DNA of 64,000 nucleotides from the human T2T-CHM13v2.0 reference genome, Homo sapiens. Made by a program: the position numbers and the translations under genes. The stretch lies in NCBI RefSeq assembly GCF_009914755.1, contig NC_060928.1; one strand, 5' to 3'. Each line of letters begins with the position of its first letter. Positions within the stretch are counted from its first letter, which is position 1. This document shows positions 23,328-36,640 of the stretch, one piece after another. The notes under the pieces are model-generated. The model worked only from the letters and a program-made list of their open reading frames with translations. It was not told the origin of the DNA and made no database searches.

Positions 23328-25536
23328 TTATTGTGTATTGAAAGACATAAAACATCTTGTAATGCTATCGGTATCAAGTTCTATGTAAAACATGAACACA
23401 GCTCTAGTTTCTTGGACAACTAATATCACTGTGGTTACACTTTTAGAGTTAAAGTGCAGGTAACAGTGTATATTAGGGAGTCACAAGACTTCTGTTAGCT
23501 ATGTAATTCTGGAAAAATATCAAACTCCATAGTTTCTTCATTGCCAAATAAGGAAGGTGATAATAATAAACTTTAGATTTCCTTCTAGGGATGATTCTTC
23601 CAAACTATAAAATTTTTTTTAAAAAAGTCATAGAGGACCAAGAGAACAGAACTAGACACAATCTTCACATTGGGTAAAATAATTATTTTCCCTAACTTTT
23701 TGCCAATTAAAATGCATAACTCAAGCAGAAAAAATAAAGTTATTTGAGACAATGTATAAATAAAGTGATTCATTTCTTACAGAAACGCCAGTGGATTTAT
23801 AGTTTAAATATGCAATTGAAAATTTTGGAAAAAATAACAGGCACCATGACAGAAACAGTAAAAGAGTAGGGGAAGTTTGAAAATTACAGAAAATTACAGG
23901 AAGTTTGACTGTGTTCTACCTTTGCATTGGTTTTCACAATAACTGAAGAATACTGTGATAAGTTAGAATTGTTTTTATTACAGAAATACAAATTTATTAT
24001 AAAATGTTCCCTGTTTTTTGCAATAGACAATCCTTGAGTTGCTGTTCTCCTCAATGTACATCTAGCTCTGTACCTAAATTCCTTGAGCTAAAAGTAATTC
24101 CCAGGGTTTTCAGCTGTTATTTTATTTGAGAAATGATAAATAAGATTTATTCAGCATTAATATGTATTAAAAGGAATACAGAGAAATCTTTGTCCAAGAG
24201 TCATTTGAATTTATTTGTATTGTTAAAGCACTAAAGAAATATGTATTTTTTCATTCAAAATTTTTCACTTTGTCTATGCAGCCAAACTGCAGATAATTGT
24301 ACTTGTAGCTCTTAGTAATAGCATGATAGTCTTAGTTTCTTCGATTGCAAAATTCTTTAAATTGAGAAGTGTGTGTTTTCAAATACATAATATGTTTAAT
24401 TTTCAAGTACTCATTTTATATATGTTAAAGTGTTTCCGTTTTCAGGAATAATTCATGCAGTTAAAGAAAGGCATTTTAAAGAAATAAAGTGTCAAAACAA
24501 ATTCTAGCATTCATGCATTATAGTCTATTTCATAGAAAATCATTTGAAAGAAAAAAAAACACTACTAATACTAGCCACAGATATTTTAGAAATTCAGAAT
24601 TCTGATCAAGAGTATATGTTACTTTGATCATTTAGTAATGTCAAACCAATAATAAAATCATTTTAATTATTTTCTTAACATATGCTTAGAAAAGTCCCAT
24701 TACAAAATTTTAAATAATGCTACTGAATAATTTCTATGAAGAAGCTGAACGGTGGTTTTAACTGCTTTTTGAAATCCATGATTTATTCTATGGATTATAC
24801 TTGAATTTAGACTGTACTTCTTTCGTGCTGTATGGCTGTTACTCTTCCACATTTCTACATGATAATATAATATGTTTAAATCAGATTTTATTTTTGTTTG
24901 TTGATGTTCAAGACTAGAAAAAGAAACTGTAAAACAAACATCAGTTTTGTCCGTGAAAAAAGAATATTAGTTTTGATTTAAAGAGTTATGCAAACATAGA
25001 GTTGTAGAGAGATAGTCAGAATGTCCTATCATACAACAAGAGAAAAACCTGAAGCAACTACAAATTAGCAGTTCTTGACTCATCGAGGTCACAAGACAAA
25101 AAACTAGCCTGAATTCTGGAGAAAGATAGTAGGCTGCAAGGAGTTTGGGAGGGATAGAGACTAACATGGAAAGGCATGGAACAGAAGAGAATGGTGGAGG
25201 CTTTCTGTCACAGAAAGTGCCTTTGGTTTTCGCATTGTCTCTTGCATTTTTCTCAATCGTTTTTTTCTGGCTACCCCCTCACTTTAAATTTTTCTTGTAG
25301 AGTGATATTCATCCCATAAATATCAGTAATTCATTTTTTTAAACAGGGATGAGGACTAAGAACTTCAGCAAACATGCTAATTTATATAAATCCAAAGAGT
25401 CATCCTCAGACACCTACAAGACTGGATTCCCATATACCCACGTATAATATGACAGACAGATATTAACCCTTTAAGAGAAAGACACGAAGGCAATATTACC
25501 AGCTTCCCATATTTTCTAACCATACAGTGATCCTTA

Positions 25537-26082
25537 TGTCAGAGGTGTGTGAGCCAGAGAAACTCCATCTTAAATAGAACCTGGGTGAAATGAGGCTGAA
25601 ACCTACTGGGCTGCATTCCCAGATGGTTAAGGCATTCTAGGTCACAGGATGAGATAGGAGGTCAGCTCAAAATACAGGTCATAAAGACCTTGCTGATAAA
25701 ACAGATTGCAATAAAGGAGCCTGCCAAAACCCACCAAAACCAAAATGGCGGCGAAAGTGACCTCTGGCCGTCCTCACTACTATACTCCCACCAGTGCCAT
25801 GACAGTTTACGAATGCCATGGCAACGTCAGGAAGCTACCCTATATGGTCTAAAACAGGGAGCCATGAATAATACACCCCTTGTTTAGCATATCATCAAGA
25901 AATAACCATAAAAATGGGCAACCAGCAACCCTTGGGGCTGCTCTATGGAGTAGCCAATTATTCCTTAACTTTCTGAATAAACTTGCTTTCACTTTGCACT
26001 GCAGACTCGCCCTACATTCTTTCTGGCGTGAGATCCAAGAACGCTTTCTTGGGGTCTGGATCGGGACCCCTTTCCTGTAACA
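25537..26082 (+). mobile_element. MER41A-like solo LTR (ERV1)
   Basis: TGTCAGAGG...CCTGTAACA; 4-bp TSD CTTA/GTTA. Confidence 0.9.
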
Positions 26083-26739
26083 GTTACAGAGTTTTAGAGC
26101 CCAAATTACTCATGCTTATTCAGCTGTTTAAATACCTATTAAATTTTGATAATGAAATATGTCCTATATTTAAAAAGGTCTCATTTCTGAATCATCACCA
26201 TAGAATTGAAAACAAAACCGTATCAGAATAGAGGAAAACATATTTACTCTAGCTTTGTTCAGAGTGACAGCAGGTAAGAAAACAAAATGTCAATCAATAA
26301 AATGCTTGAAAACATTTTTGAACATTCTTACTGTAGTAGTCTGATGTGCCTGGTTTTGCACAAGTCTATTCCCTTCTCTTTCCCTTTCTATAATCTGTAT
26401 TGCAGAGGATAAAATTCTAAAATGTTTAATTCCCAATCACTCTCACCTACTAGCTTCTGGAGAAGTACTGCCACTGTGAGAACTTACAGAAGCTAAAGAG
26501 AAGCTCAGGATTGTTCCTCCTCCTCTCTGCTGCAGGCAACGTTTCTGGTAGAGACAGTTTCTTCTTTAGAACTCCGCTAGGTTTCAAATATTTTTCATGT
26601 AATAGTACACTGATGTTATATTTCTAAAAGGTAATCAACTCTGCTTTATTTCCATGATAGAATCTGTATATTATCTTTGTCATCTGTAAAGGAAAATTTA
26701 TACTTCAAATTTTATTGCAGTTGTCAGTCTCAAAGACAG

Positions 26740-27130
26740 TTTAAAAATCACTAGAACCCCCAATTCTACATATTTAGCTTAGAGTAACAATTAAATGAAT
26801 AAATATTTTAACAGTGTTCACTGCAGCATTTTAGTAACAGCAATTAAAAAAAAACTGATTATGCACACCAGGAGAATGAATGATTAAACTGCTATATCCT
26901 TAGAATAGGATATTATAAAGGGGTGGAAATAAATAAACTACAGCTACACTGAAACACAAGGATAAAACTTGGAATCATAACTAAAAATGCTACAGAAGAC
27001 AGCTTTCATTATAAACTAATAATATAAAAACTACGTAAAAAGCAAGAAATTGGTAATTATGAATGTCAACCTGATGGTCACTTGAGAAGCTACACTCTAG
27101 TTCTTAAGTTGGGTATGATAAAATTGTAGT
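26740..27130 (+). mobile_element. L1ME 3' region fragment
   Basis: tgttcactgcagcattt...aaataaactacagctacac. Confidence 0.55.
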
Positions 27131-27329
27131 TTTTGGTAAAATAATAATGATAAGAATAGCAAATTTATTTCCATCATGAAGATGTATATTTAGATATAAC
27201 AATGCATTACTGAAAATGCAGACAATAACTGCATTTATTTCCATTATTAGCAGTCAAAATTAGTGATACTTCTGATATTAACATGATCTTGATGATGATA
27301 AAAATTATGATGATAATGATAATGAACAA

Positions 27330-27600
27330 TAATAGCTAACTACAATATTAAGCCTTTACAATATACCAGGTCTAATAAAGTATTTTGCACGTGTATTTTT
27401 GCATGTTTCATAAAGTACTTCAAAATTCAGTAGTATAAGTATTATTGTTGTCTCTGTATTATAAATGACGTGGCTAAAGTTTTAAATATTAAGTTACTTG
27501 CTCAAATTTACAAAACTATTAATTAGCTGACCTAGAATTAGTATCTCAATGCATCTCACTCCAGAGCCCATGATCTTAACTGTTGTATTAGATGACTCCC
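27330..27600 (-). mobile_element. MIR (near full length)
   Basis: aatagctaac...aagttacttgctcaa...ctccagagcccatgatcttaac. Confidence 0.75.
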
Positions 27601-28185
27601 AAACTACACACATATATTTTGTTTTGGAATTAAAGTCAAAGGTAGAATGTGTTTATTGAGTTAATTTCTACTGAGGACATTTTTATTTCACATAAGTGTA
27701 AGATTGTTGTTCACTCTGTATTGGCCTGACTAATAGTTACTATTCAAATAAATTTACTTTAGAAACACATTTGACGTATATAAATATGGCTAAGAGGAAA
27801 GTAAAACTTCTTGGTCCCCTTAGCATAACTATATATATGTGGCAAATTATTATGAAGATGCATCATAATGTTTATTTTCTGCCTTTCAATAAATTTGGTA
27901 ATTAATTATTAATGCAGCATGTTTTCTTACATAGAAATTTCTCTACTATAATTTGACTTTGTCAATTTACTCTTAAGAACAAGTAATGCATTTGTTAATA
28001 TGCCAAACTTCTACCCAATATATACTTCTTAAATAGTTTTTTATTTAATACACCACATGCCCTATCAATAAATACGTAAAACATAGAGTAAAGGTATATC
28101 ACTATAAAGTACACTTAATATCGTGTTACAGGAAGTAGGAACTCAATATTATCTCATAAAGGAAAACTTTCTCTGTGATATGTAT

Positions 28186-28606
28186 TGCCAACTTTAAAAA
28201 ATACATCAGAGAAAACTATCTCCAAATATGTTGAGTGTACTCAGGAATGAGAAATAAGGATTATAATCCAGAATTCACAGAATGGCAACCCACTAGTGCA
28301 TTGGGTGAGAGAAGGGTAAAGAGAAGATTAGCAAAGAGGGAGAGGCTGCCATTCCTGGGCAAGTGTTCTTTTGAGGGTGTCTCATCTGAATTACTGCAGC
28401 CTTAAGAACGTGCAGTGATATACCTTTCCAATGTGGGAAGTGGCATGCAGGATGTGAAAGGGCTTATTGAGTTTTTCTGAGAAAGTTCTTGGAAATCGTT
28501 CCTATCCCAGACATGTACGCATTCTTATCTCAGGCTTGCGCCTTCCTGGCCCTGTTTCGTCTGGGTCTGAGTAAAGCGATTTCATCATGGTATCTGCAAA
28601 TTATAT
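28186..28606 (-). mobile_element. ERV1 solo LTR (MER67-like)
   Basis: Reverse complement begins ...ttgcagataccatgatgaaatcgctttactcagacccagac; family assignment from memory. Confidence 0.55.
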
Positions 28607-28667
28607 AGTATATTCTCAAGTTTGAATTGCTTTTTGTTTTTATTTATTATAAAAATACATTTATTTA

Positions 28668-28818
28668 CACTGGGCATGGTGGCTCACATCTGTAATCCCA
28701 GCACTTCGGAAGGCCAAAGCAGGAGGATGGCTTGAGGCCAGGAGTTTGAGACCAGCATGGCCAACATAGTGAGACTCTGTGTCTCTTTAAAAAATTTATA
28801 GAATAAAATAAAAATAAA
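28668..28818 (+). mobile_element. FLAM / Alu left monomer
   Basis: Single Alu arm followed by an A-rich tail. Confidence 0.88.
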
Positions 28819-29440
28819 GTCAATTATAGTTTTTATAATAACTAAAGACAGAAAAAAACTAAATTTGAATGTGTATAAACTAATTGTATGTACATATGAT
28901 ATATAGGTTGACTTGAAATTTATGGATGTATAGACATGGCTCAAAAATGTTTTTAAAAACAAGTAAAAAAAATATTCCAAGTATGGACAAATTGCCCAGG
29001 CAAAATTGTTTAAAGAATATCTGTCTCTGAATGGAATGGAGTTGGCTGGGAAGGAGGATAAAAAAAAATTCCAGGATGATGAAAATATTCTGTAACTTAA
29101 TGGAGCTGTGAGTATATGCGTCTGTCAAAACTCACAAAATATAAATGTAAAATATTTGAATTATATTTGTATGAATTTTACCAAAAGTTCTGTAAACAAA
29201 AACTAAATATGTAAAAATATTAACTAAATAGGGGAAATATATCTGGGGTGTAAGCTTAAGAAATTAATATTTTAATATATTTGTTTTCTATTCTATTTAA
29301 ATGATCACATGTGATTTTTACAATCAAAGAATAAAATAAACCTGATCAAAATAGTCAAACAATATGCACCACCTGGAGAAAGTTCTTAATTTTTATAATG
29401 AGTATTTATAAAAACTATTTATAATAAAATATTCATTAAT

Positions 29441-29851
29441 TGCTATTGTTCAATTGTCCCCTCCAAAACTCATTTTGAAACTTAACTGTCAGTGTAAGAG
29501 TGTCAGAAGGGCCTTTAAAAGGTGAATAGGTCATGAAGACTCTCTCTTCATGAATGTATTAATGCTATTATCAGGGTGTGACTTTTTATGGAATTGGGCT
29601 CCTGATTAAAAAGGATGAATTTGACCCAATTTATTCTCTCTTTGTCTTTCTCTCTTTCTCACTCATGCTTTCTCACCATGTGAAAGTTTCCACCATGTTA
29701 TGATGTAGCAAGAAGGCTCTCACAACCAGATGTATCCCCTCAACCTTGGACTTTCCAACCTTCAGAACCACGGAGCCAAATAAATCTCTTTTCTTTATAA
29801 ATGACTCAATCTGTGGTATTCTGTTACAGCAGCAGAAAATAGATTAAGATA
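29441..29851 (+). mobile_element. MST (MaLR) solo LTR
   Basis: TGCTAT...cccctccaaaactcat...TAAGATA; TSD TTAAT on both sides. Confidence 0.88.
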
Positions 29852-30781
29852 TTAATGTTTTCAAGTTCATAAGAATTAAAATGAAGCATTTCATTTAACA
29901 TATAGTTTCTGGCCAAGTTTCATATATCCCTTTGATATTATTTTAACAGTTGTTTATTGAAGGTCTTCATATTATTTAACATATTTGAATAACATATTAA
30001 TCACGGAACACAGAATTTTATTCATATTTTAAACATACATTTTTAAATCGTATAGCAGAAAGGGAATACATAGTCAGCATGACTATTTATGGTTGAGTTT
30101 GCTGTGTGATTTATACTAATTTTGCAAGATATTCAAAAACAAAACTTCTGAAAGTGTTTCAAGCAAGAGCAAGCTAAATTGATTTTGAAGGAAATCACTC
30201 AGAAAAATAATTAGGATGCTTATTATTTTCTGATGTGTTTTCTAAAGGATACATTTCATTTATTAACATTCAGTACATATGTATGTTTACAGATTGCTTC
30301 ATTTATAGTAATCAAGTTTTTAAACCTCATAATTTTGATAGATAGACAAGAACTTTCCTTTTTTCTAGTTTGTACACCTATTGACATACTTCATTATTAG
30401 CTTCTAATTGGTTTTGATTTTGCATAGCTGTGAAACTTATTTAAATATGTTCATTATTTTCCTGCCAGGAGAAACAAAATTTAATTTAATTAGAGGTCAC
30501 TACACTTCCAGATTGAGTTAATTAAAGATCTAATCAAGCCTCCTAGGAATAAGTAGATTGTCAGTTGGGGAAAATCATCACAGGCAAAACTCTAAAATCT
30601 ACATTAAGGTTAATAGTTTTTTCAACTAAAACTTCATGTTTCTTGGCTTCTTCCAACTCTATAGCCTCTTTAAATACTGAAATGAATGTCAAAAAACTTG
30701 CATCTGATTAATGTTCCCTAGTCACATTAAATACAACTTTATCAAGTCTTCCAAAAACAAGCAGGATTTATGTCTTCAATG

Positions 30782-31830
30782 TGTAGGGACCAAGAGAAAA
30801 CTTCTCCTTGCCAAAAGAGCAGTAGCATCGCCATCTTGGACAAACACCACCATTTTAGGGACCCCTAAATCCAGCCCCAAAACATCAGCCTAATGGCTAA
30901 TGACAACATGCCCATGAATCACAAGTGACATCTCTGACCAGAAACATTCCAACCGTGAGATAAACCCCCCTCCAACCAGAAATATGCCAACCCTGAGATA
31001 ACCTCTCCTCCAACCAGAGACATTTCAATCCCACAATAAAACTCTCCTCCACACAGAAACATTCTGAGCCTGAGATAAGCTCACCCTCCCTAAACCCTTC
31101 AATACCCTTAGTCTGTAAGAGAGAAGGCCAGAAGCCCCTTTCATGTTTATTCTCCAAAATAAACCTGTTGAGCCCCTTTGACTGTTGAGCCCCTTTTTGT
31201 GTTTCTTTCTTCTTTTTTTAACTCTTACACTTCCACCCTCTGAAGGTTCATTAAAAATTAACTGACAAATGGCAGATTAATAGGACAAAAGGCAGATAAA
31301 TGTATTCATGTACGTGAGAGGGTGAGAATCAGGGAGTGATTACCCTACCACCCAGTGAGTTGCAGATGCTTATAAACCCTTCTTATTCATGGAAAGAGAG
31401 ATGGGGAAGTGTGAATAACTTTAGGAGGATAGTACATGATTTTTAGAGGAATTCAATGGACTTGAAGAACACACATCGGCCTGGGACAAAGTCTATTGGA
31501 CCAGCAGAGCAGACAGTGATGTGAGACAGAAATCTTTCCAGGTGTGTTGACAAACTTCTGTCTTTTTCCTGTGATAAATGTTCAATTAATGGAAACTCAC
31601 GATAGGGAACAGAGATACTTGTTTTCTTATTTGGATGATCCAGATTTTAACCAGATAAGAGAACTTAAGAGAAAAACTTCATCCTGTGCTTTGACTGAGA
31701 AGGACTGAGAGACTGGGTGGGGAAGGGAAGGGGTGGGTGCAGGGAGAAGGTCAGAGTGATTTTGAAGCTTTTCTTCAGGTCAGCATGTCAAAGTGTCATA
31801 TTTGAAGGTAATAGTTTCTGAGGCCCAAAT
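30782..31830 (-). mobile_element. MER39-like solo LTR, interrupted near its 3' end
   Basis: tgtagggaccaagagaaaacttc [insert] caccctctgaaggttc...cagcatgtcaaagtgtcata...tttctgaggcccaa. Confidence 0.8.
30806..31229 (+). mobile_element. ERV1 LTR (MER66/MER73-like) nested in the MER39-like LTR
   Basis: agcatcgccatcttggacaa start, AATAAA, ends CTTACA; host LTR resumes afterwards; 5' junction uncertain by a few bases. Confidence 0.7.
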
Positions 31831-32386
31831 TATAGAATAAATGATTTTTAAACTAAACCAGATAGATGTTACATTACAGAGTCTTTGAGCACTTTTATGT
31901 CTCCTGATAATAGAACAATATCAATCTCATTAATGCTAACAGTTGACACTTTACAAATGTATAATAGCCCTATTAAAAATAGTACATTTTAAATTTCATC
32001 TTCAATTCTATTTATGGGGTGCTGAGTCCGTGGGGAAATTTTAGGAAATGATGTAAAATACATGACTCACTTATACCACTGAATGGTAGAGTGAGGGAGC
32101 ATACAATGCATACAAAACTTCTTTTCAGGGGTGTTTAGGGCTGCTGGGATGTGAAGTGGTTAGTATCTTGATATTTCAGATCTGTTGTTCAGGCTTAACA
32201 AAACGTTCTTTCAAAGCTTTGTTAAATGCCCTCAGATAAACAGGTGTCAGTGCTGGTGGTCAGAAACTAACAAGACAGAGAAGGAAGAAGGCTGGGCACC
32301 AACAGTATCTGTTCTACCATTATTTTGAAAAAGGGATAGGGTTAGGGATATCAACATGATTATTACCGATATATTCTATATCTTTC

Positions 32387-32843
32387 TGCGATTGTTAATT
32401 GTATGTGTCAACTTCAGTGGACTAGCAGTGTCCAGATTAAACATTGTTTTCTGTGAGACTGTGAGGTGTTTCCAGATGAGATTAGGATTTGAATCAGTGT
32501 ACTCAGTAACTTAAATTGCTCTCACTAAAGTGGTTTAACATCAGTCAATCTTTTTAGGGCCTGAATAGAACACAAGGCAGAGAACAGAGTAATTTGCCTT
32601 TTTGTTTGTTTGGTTTTGCCCATATTGTGTAAATTGAGCTAGACATCTAATCTCATCTTTTTTTGCCTTTGGACTGAGATTTACATCATCACTTCTTCTG
32701 GATCTCAGGCCTTTGGACTCAAACTGAATTATACTTTGGCTTTCCTGAGTTTCCAGCTTGCAAAGGGCATACATACTGTGAGACTTCTCAGACATAATCA
32801 TATGAGCCAATTCCTCATAATAAATTTTATAATTTTATATATT

Positions 32844-32881
<38 letters not shown>

Positions 32882-32930
32882 GTGGGGGGGTGTTTGTGTG
32901 TCTGGAGACTGCTGAATGCTAACTAAAACA
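32387..32930 (+). mobile_element. MLT2 (MLT2D-like) 5' LTR containing a (TG)n tract at 32846-32879
   Basis: tgcgattgttaattgtatgtgtcaactt...tttccagatgagatta...actaaaaca. Confidence 0.85.
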
Positions 32931-34185
32931 GATTTTGTTATTATTTTGTGATTATAAAGAAAGTGAATGTTAACAATGAGTTTTCTTTGGTTTTGGAGTT
33001 TTTGGTATTGGGTCTATAATCTGATTAAATTTAAAGATGCTAATTAAATTTTCAGTAGTAAAGAGAGCACTCATAGTCAATGGCTTGGTCTGGTTATAGA
33101 GATACACAAAATATCTGTGTTACATAGTCATAGATAACCCCTTGTATAAAGCAAGGAGCTTGTAATAATTTGCTGGTAACATTTTTAAATAATACTTTGT
33201 AACATTTTTGAAAAACTAATTAATATAATGATTTTGACTGCTTACTCCTAAGGTTGATGGACAAAGTGATTCAAGAAAAGGATGAGCTCAGAGATTCAAA
33301 TTCCCACCCCAAATACCACCCAAGTAAGCTAAGGTCTTGTATGTGGGCCTGAAAGTAGATCCTCATCTCTTAGCTATAGAGCTAAAGTTGTTGTAAATCA
33401 TAATCTCATCTTCCAACATGCTGAATAACAATGCAAGTTGAACTCCCAGCTTTGCAGTGTTTACTGTCAAAATGAGGACATTGACCGGGAAACAAGGATA
33501 TCCTATGAATTGGGATGGATTTTTGTGGAAAGGCTTTGATGAAACTGGAGACACTGAGCCCCTAAATTCTGGTGAGCTTTCTTTGCCAGTGGAAGAGGTT
33601 TTCTAAACCCAGTGGAAGCAGGCACCCTGCTCTCAGTGGACTTGGCCTGTAAACTGTCAGCAGAGGTGAGCTTCCTAATCCTTGCAGGAGTAGCTTCCCC
33701 ATCTGCACTGGCAGAGGCATCTCCTCCCTCCAAGTGGTTGAAGTCTCTTCTCCCACTGCAGTATTGGCCTGTCCACTTCCACCTGATGGGATTAACCCTG
33801 CATTGCCTGAAGAAACTATAAGGGCATCCCCTGAGGCAGTGTTCATGCAAGACAACGTTGATTGCCTGGACCCACCTCCATCACCTCTCTTTGCTTTTAG
33901 ATCTATATCTAGAATCAGGGCCATGCAGGCACCTAAAAGGGAAGTGCAATGTGAAACCCATGAGGAGGTGCACTGCACTCCAAAAGAACGACTTGAGTTT
34001 CTAATTTATACAAATGGAAATCAGAAAACATTTTTTAGAAATTGATGCTGAGGGTGTGGGATAATGGTGAAAGAAACAGAAAATTGAATAAGGCTGAATT
34101 TATGGACTTTGTCTCAATAAGCAAAGATTCATCTGCATTTAATGTTGCATACTGGGGGTTAGAAAGGGCTTTAAGAGTTTGTTTC
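32931..34185 (+). pseudogene. ERV-L internal region with gag remnant, 3'-truncated
   Basis: ORFs 33734-34045 and 34042-34230 give PLFAFRSISRI..QAPKREVQCETHEEVHCTPKE and LRVWDNGERNRKLNKAEFMD, typical of ERV-L Gag. Confidence 0.85.
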
Positions 34186-34189
34186 CTTA

Positions 34190-34870
34190 AGAATAGTTTT
34201 TGCATAGGCAATCATATCATTTGCCAATAATGACAGTTACTTTTGTTTCTATTTCTTTTTTCCATTTTATTATTTTTTCCTAGTCTTATTGCACTAGATA
34301 AGATCTGTAGTGAAATGATGAATATAATTTGGAAGAGCAAACATCCTTTTCTTATGCCTGATCTTAATGAAAAGATATTCTGTCTTTCATCATTAACTTC
34401 TAGATTTTTCATGTGCATCCTTTATCAGGCTCAACAAGTTTTCTTCTATTTCTGGTTAGCTGAGAATTTTTATCGAAATTGTCCTGAATTTCACCAAAAA
34501 TTTTTTGCATGTATTGAATTGATGCTACAGGTTTTGTGAGGTACCTTGATTAATTTTTAAATGTTTAACATTTAATTCTTACGTTAAACCATATTTGATC
34601 TCATTGCTTATAATGTTCATTATATATTATTGGATTTCAATTGTCAAAATTTTTTGAGGTTTAATTTTATCTATGTTTTTAAGGAAGAAACACTGATCTG
34701 CAATTTCTTTTTCTTATAATGATTTTTCTGGTTTTAGTATCAGGGTAATGATGGTCTTATAAAATGAACCAGCAAGTGATATTTCTCTTATTATCTTGAA
34801 GAATTAGTGTAGAATAGGTGTTATTTATTTTTGAAATATTTGGTAGATCTGGTCAGTATAGTCAGCTCAG
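34190..34870 (-). mobile_element. Old L1M ORF2 fragment
   Basis: Minus ORF FSLRSGIRKGCLL...ILSSAIRLGK is degenerate L1 RT ([13 protein letters not shown]...[10 protein letters not shown]). Confidence 0.8.
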
Positions 34871-35084
34871 TCTGGCACGATGGAGTGAGGGGGTGGTCAG
34901 AAGGAAGTTTACATTAAAATAATATCATAACACTTTATATTAGTGAAAAAATATACTTCTATTTTCTCCTCCTGTCCTTTCAATCCTGCCTTATATTTTA
35001 TTTTTACATGCATTATAAATTTCATACCACATCGTTTATTTTATTCAAAACAAAGATAAAAAATGAGAAAAAAACATCCTATAC

Positions 35085-36260
35085 AATCAAATGCTAGCAT
35101 TTAAAGTATGTAATTTGATAAGATTGACATATGTATATTCCCATGAAATCATCCCCAATTAAGATGGCAACAATTTCTATCACTTCCGAAAGTTTTCTTG
35201 TATCCCTTTGTAATCCATTTATTTTTCCAACTTCATTCCTAGAGAATAACTTATTTGCTTCTTTTAACAACAGGTTAATTCTATTTGCTCAAATTTTATG
35301 CAATAGAGACATGTAGTCTGTAGTCATTTCTTCCAGAATATATATATATATTTCACTCAGAATATATAGGTTTAAATAATAAGTATTATTATATGAATAT
35401 TTACATATATATTATATATAATAAATATAATATATAAATTATATAAAATAAATATAATATATAAATTATATAATGCATAATACAATATAAAATATATTTT
35501 TTAATATGTAATGTAAGTTATATATTATTTATATCTAGATTGATTTAAGGCTTTGGCTTTTATAAGTAAAGCTAATATTAACAATTGTGTGCAAGTTTTG
35601 GATGGATAAATGGCTTCATTTATCTTTAGGTAAATATCTAAGAGTAGACATATACTTTAAATTTCATAGGAGTTCACTAAAGTGTTTTCCCAAGTGGTTG
35701 TGCTATTTTACAGCAGTGTATGAGGGTTCTAGTTCCTCCAAATCTTTGCCAACACTGGGCATCATTAGCCTTTTTTATGTTAGTCATTCCAGTATACATG
35801 CAGTGATTTAATGCTGTGGACTTCATTTGCAAGTTCCTAAAGACTAATAATGCCAAATGTTTTCTTAATGTGCTTATTTCCCATTCATACATCTTCTTTG
35901 GTGAGATACCAGTTCATATCCTTTGCCTTTTTGAAAAAAAAGTGTCTTCTGCTACTGGATAACAGTCCATTATCAGATACATTATTTGCAAATATTTTCT
36001 CATCCTTGGTGTTTTTTAATTCTATCCTTATTTCTTTAGAGATGTAAAAGTTTCACTTTGAGAACAGCTAATTTATAACATTTTTAACAGTTCTTTTCTG
36101 TAGTTTTATCGAAACTTGTTGCCTGACTCAAGGTCTAGAAGATTTTCTCTTGTTTTCTACTGGAATTTTTATAGACTTACCTATTACGTTTAGTTCTAAT
36201 ATCCATTTTGAATTAATTTTAATTGTGTATAAAATGTAGAGATTAAGGTTTTTGTTTTCA
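35085..36260 (-). mobile_element. Old L1M 3' region with an AT-rich low-complexity tract (~35337-35535)
   Basis: Minus ORF ...ANDAQCWQRFGGTRTLIHCC is a degenerate L1 ORF2 C-terminus. Confidence 0.75.
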
Positions 36261-36401
36261 TTTTAGTTTGGTTTCAATATTTTGCTTTTAATAAAATTTA
36301 AGAGGTACTAATTTAATTGTTAGCTAAGAAATTATCGTATCACTTAAGATCTTGTTAGTCAAGTAGCTTATGCATGATGGACCAACATGAGATCCACTTA
36401 C

Positions 36402-36640
36402 CCAGACATGGTGAAAACGGCTGAAATGCCGCTAAGAAGATAGCAAAACCACCTGGAGATTAACCACATCAGGATGCTGTTCCCTGGGAGGAAGGGATTG
36501 TTGCCTCCAAAGTTGAAAAGCTGAGGCCTCCAGGCACAAACAAAAATGTCCACAAGAGGCAGAAAGTAGGCTCTTTGTAGTATGAACTGGATCAATAGTT
36601 CAGCCCCTGACAAAAAAGTTGACCAAACCAGATAACAAGG
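36402..36640 (-). other. Candidate spliced exon (acceptor giving start 36640 or 36606; donor after 36402)
   Basis: Minus strand TATTTTTCAG| or TTTTTTGTCAG| acceptors and TGG|GTAAGT donor around a GC-richer non-repeat segment; no recognisable protein. Confidence 0.35.
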
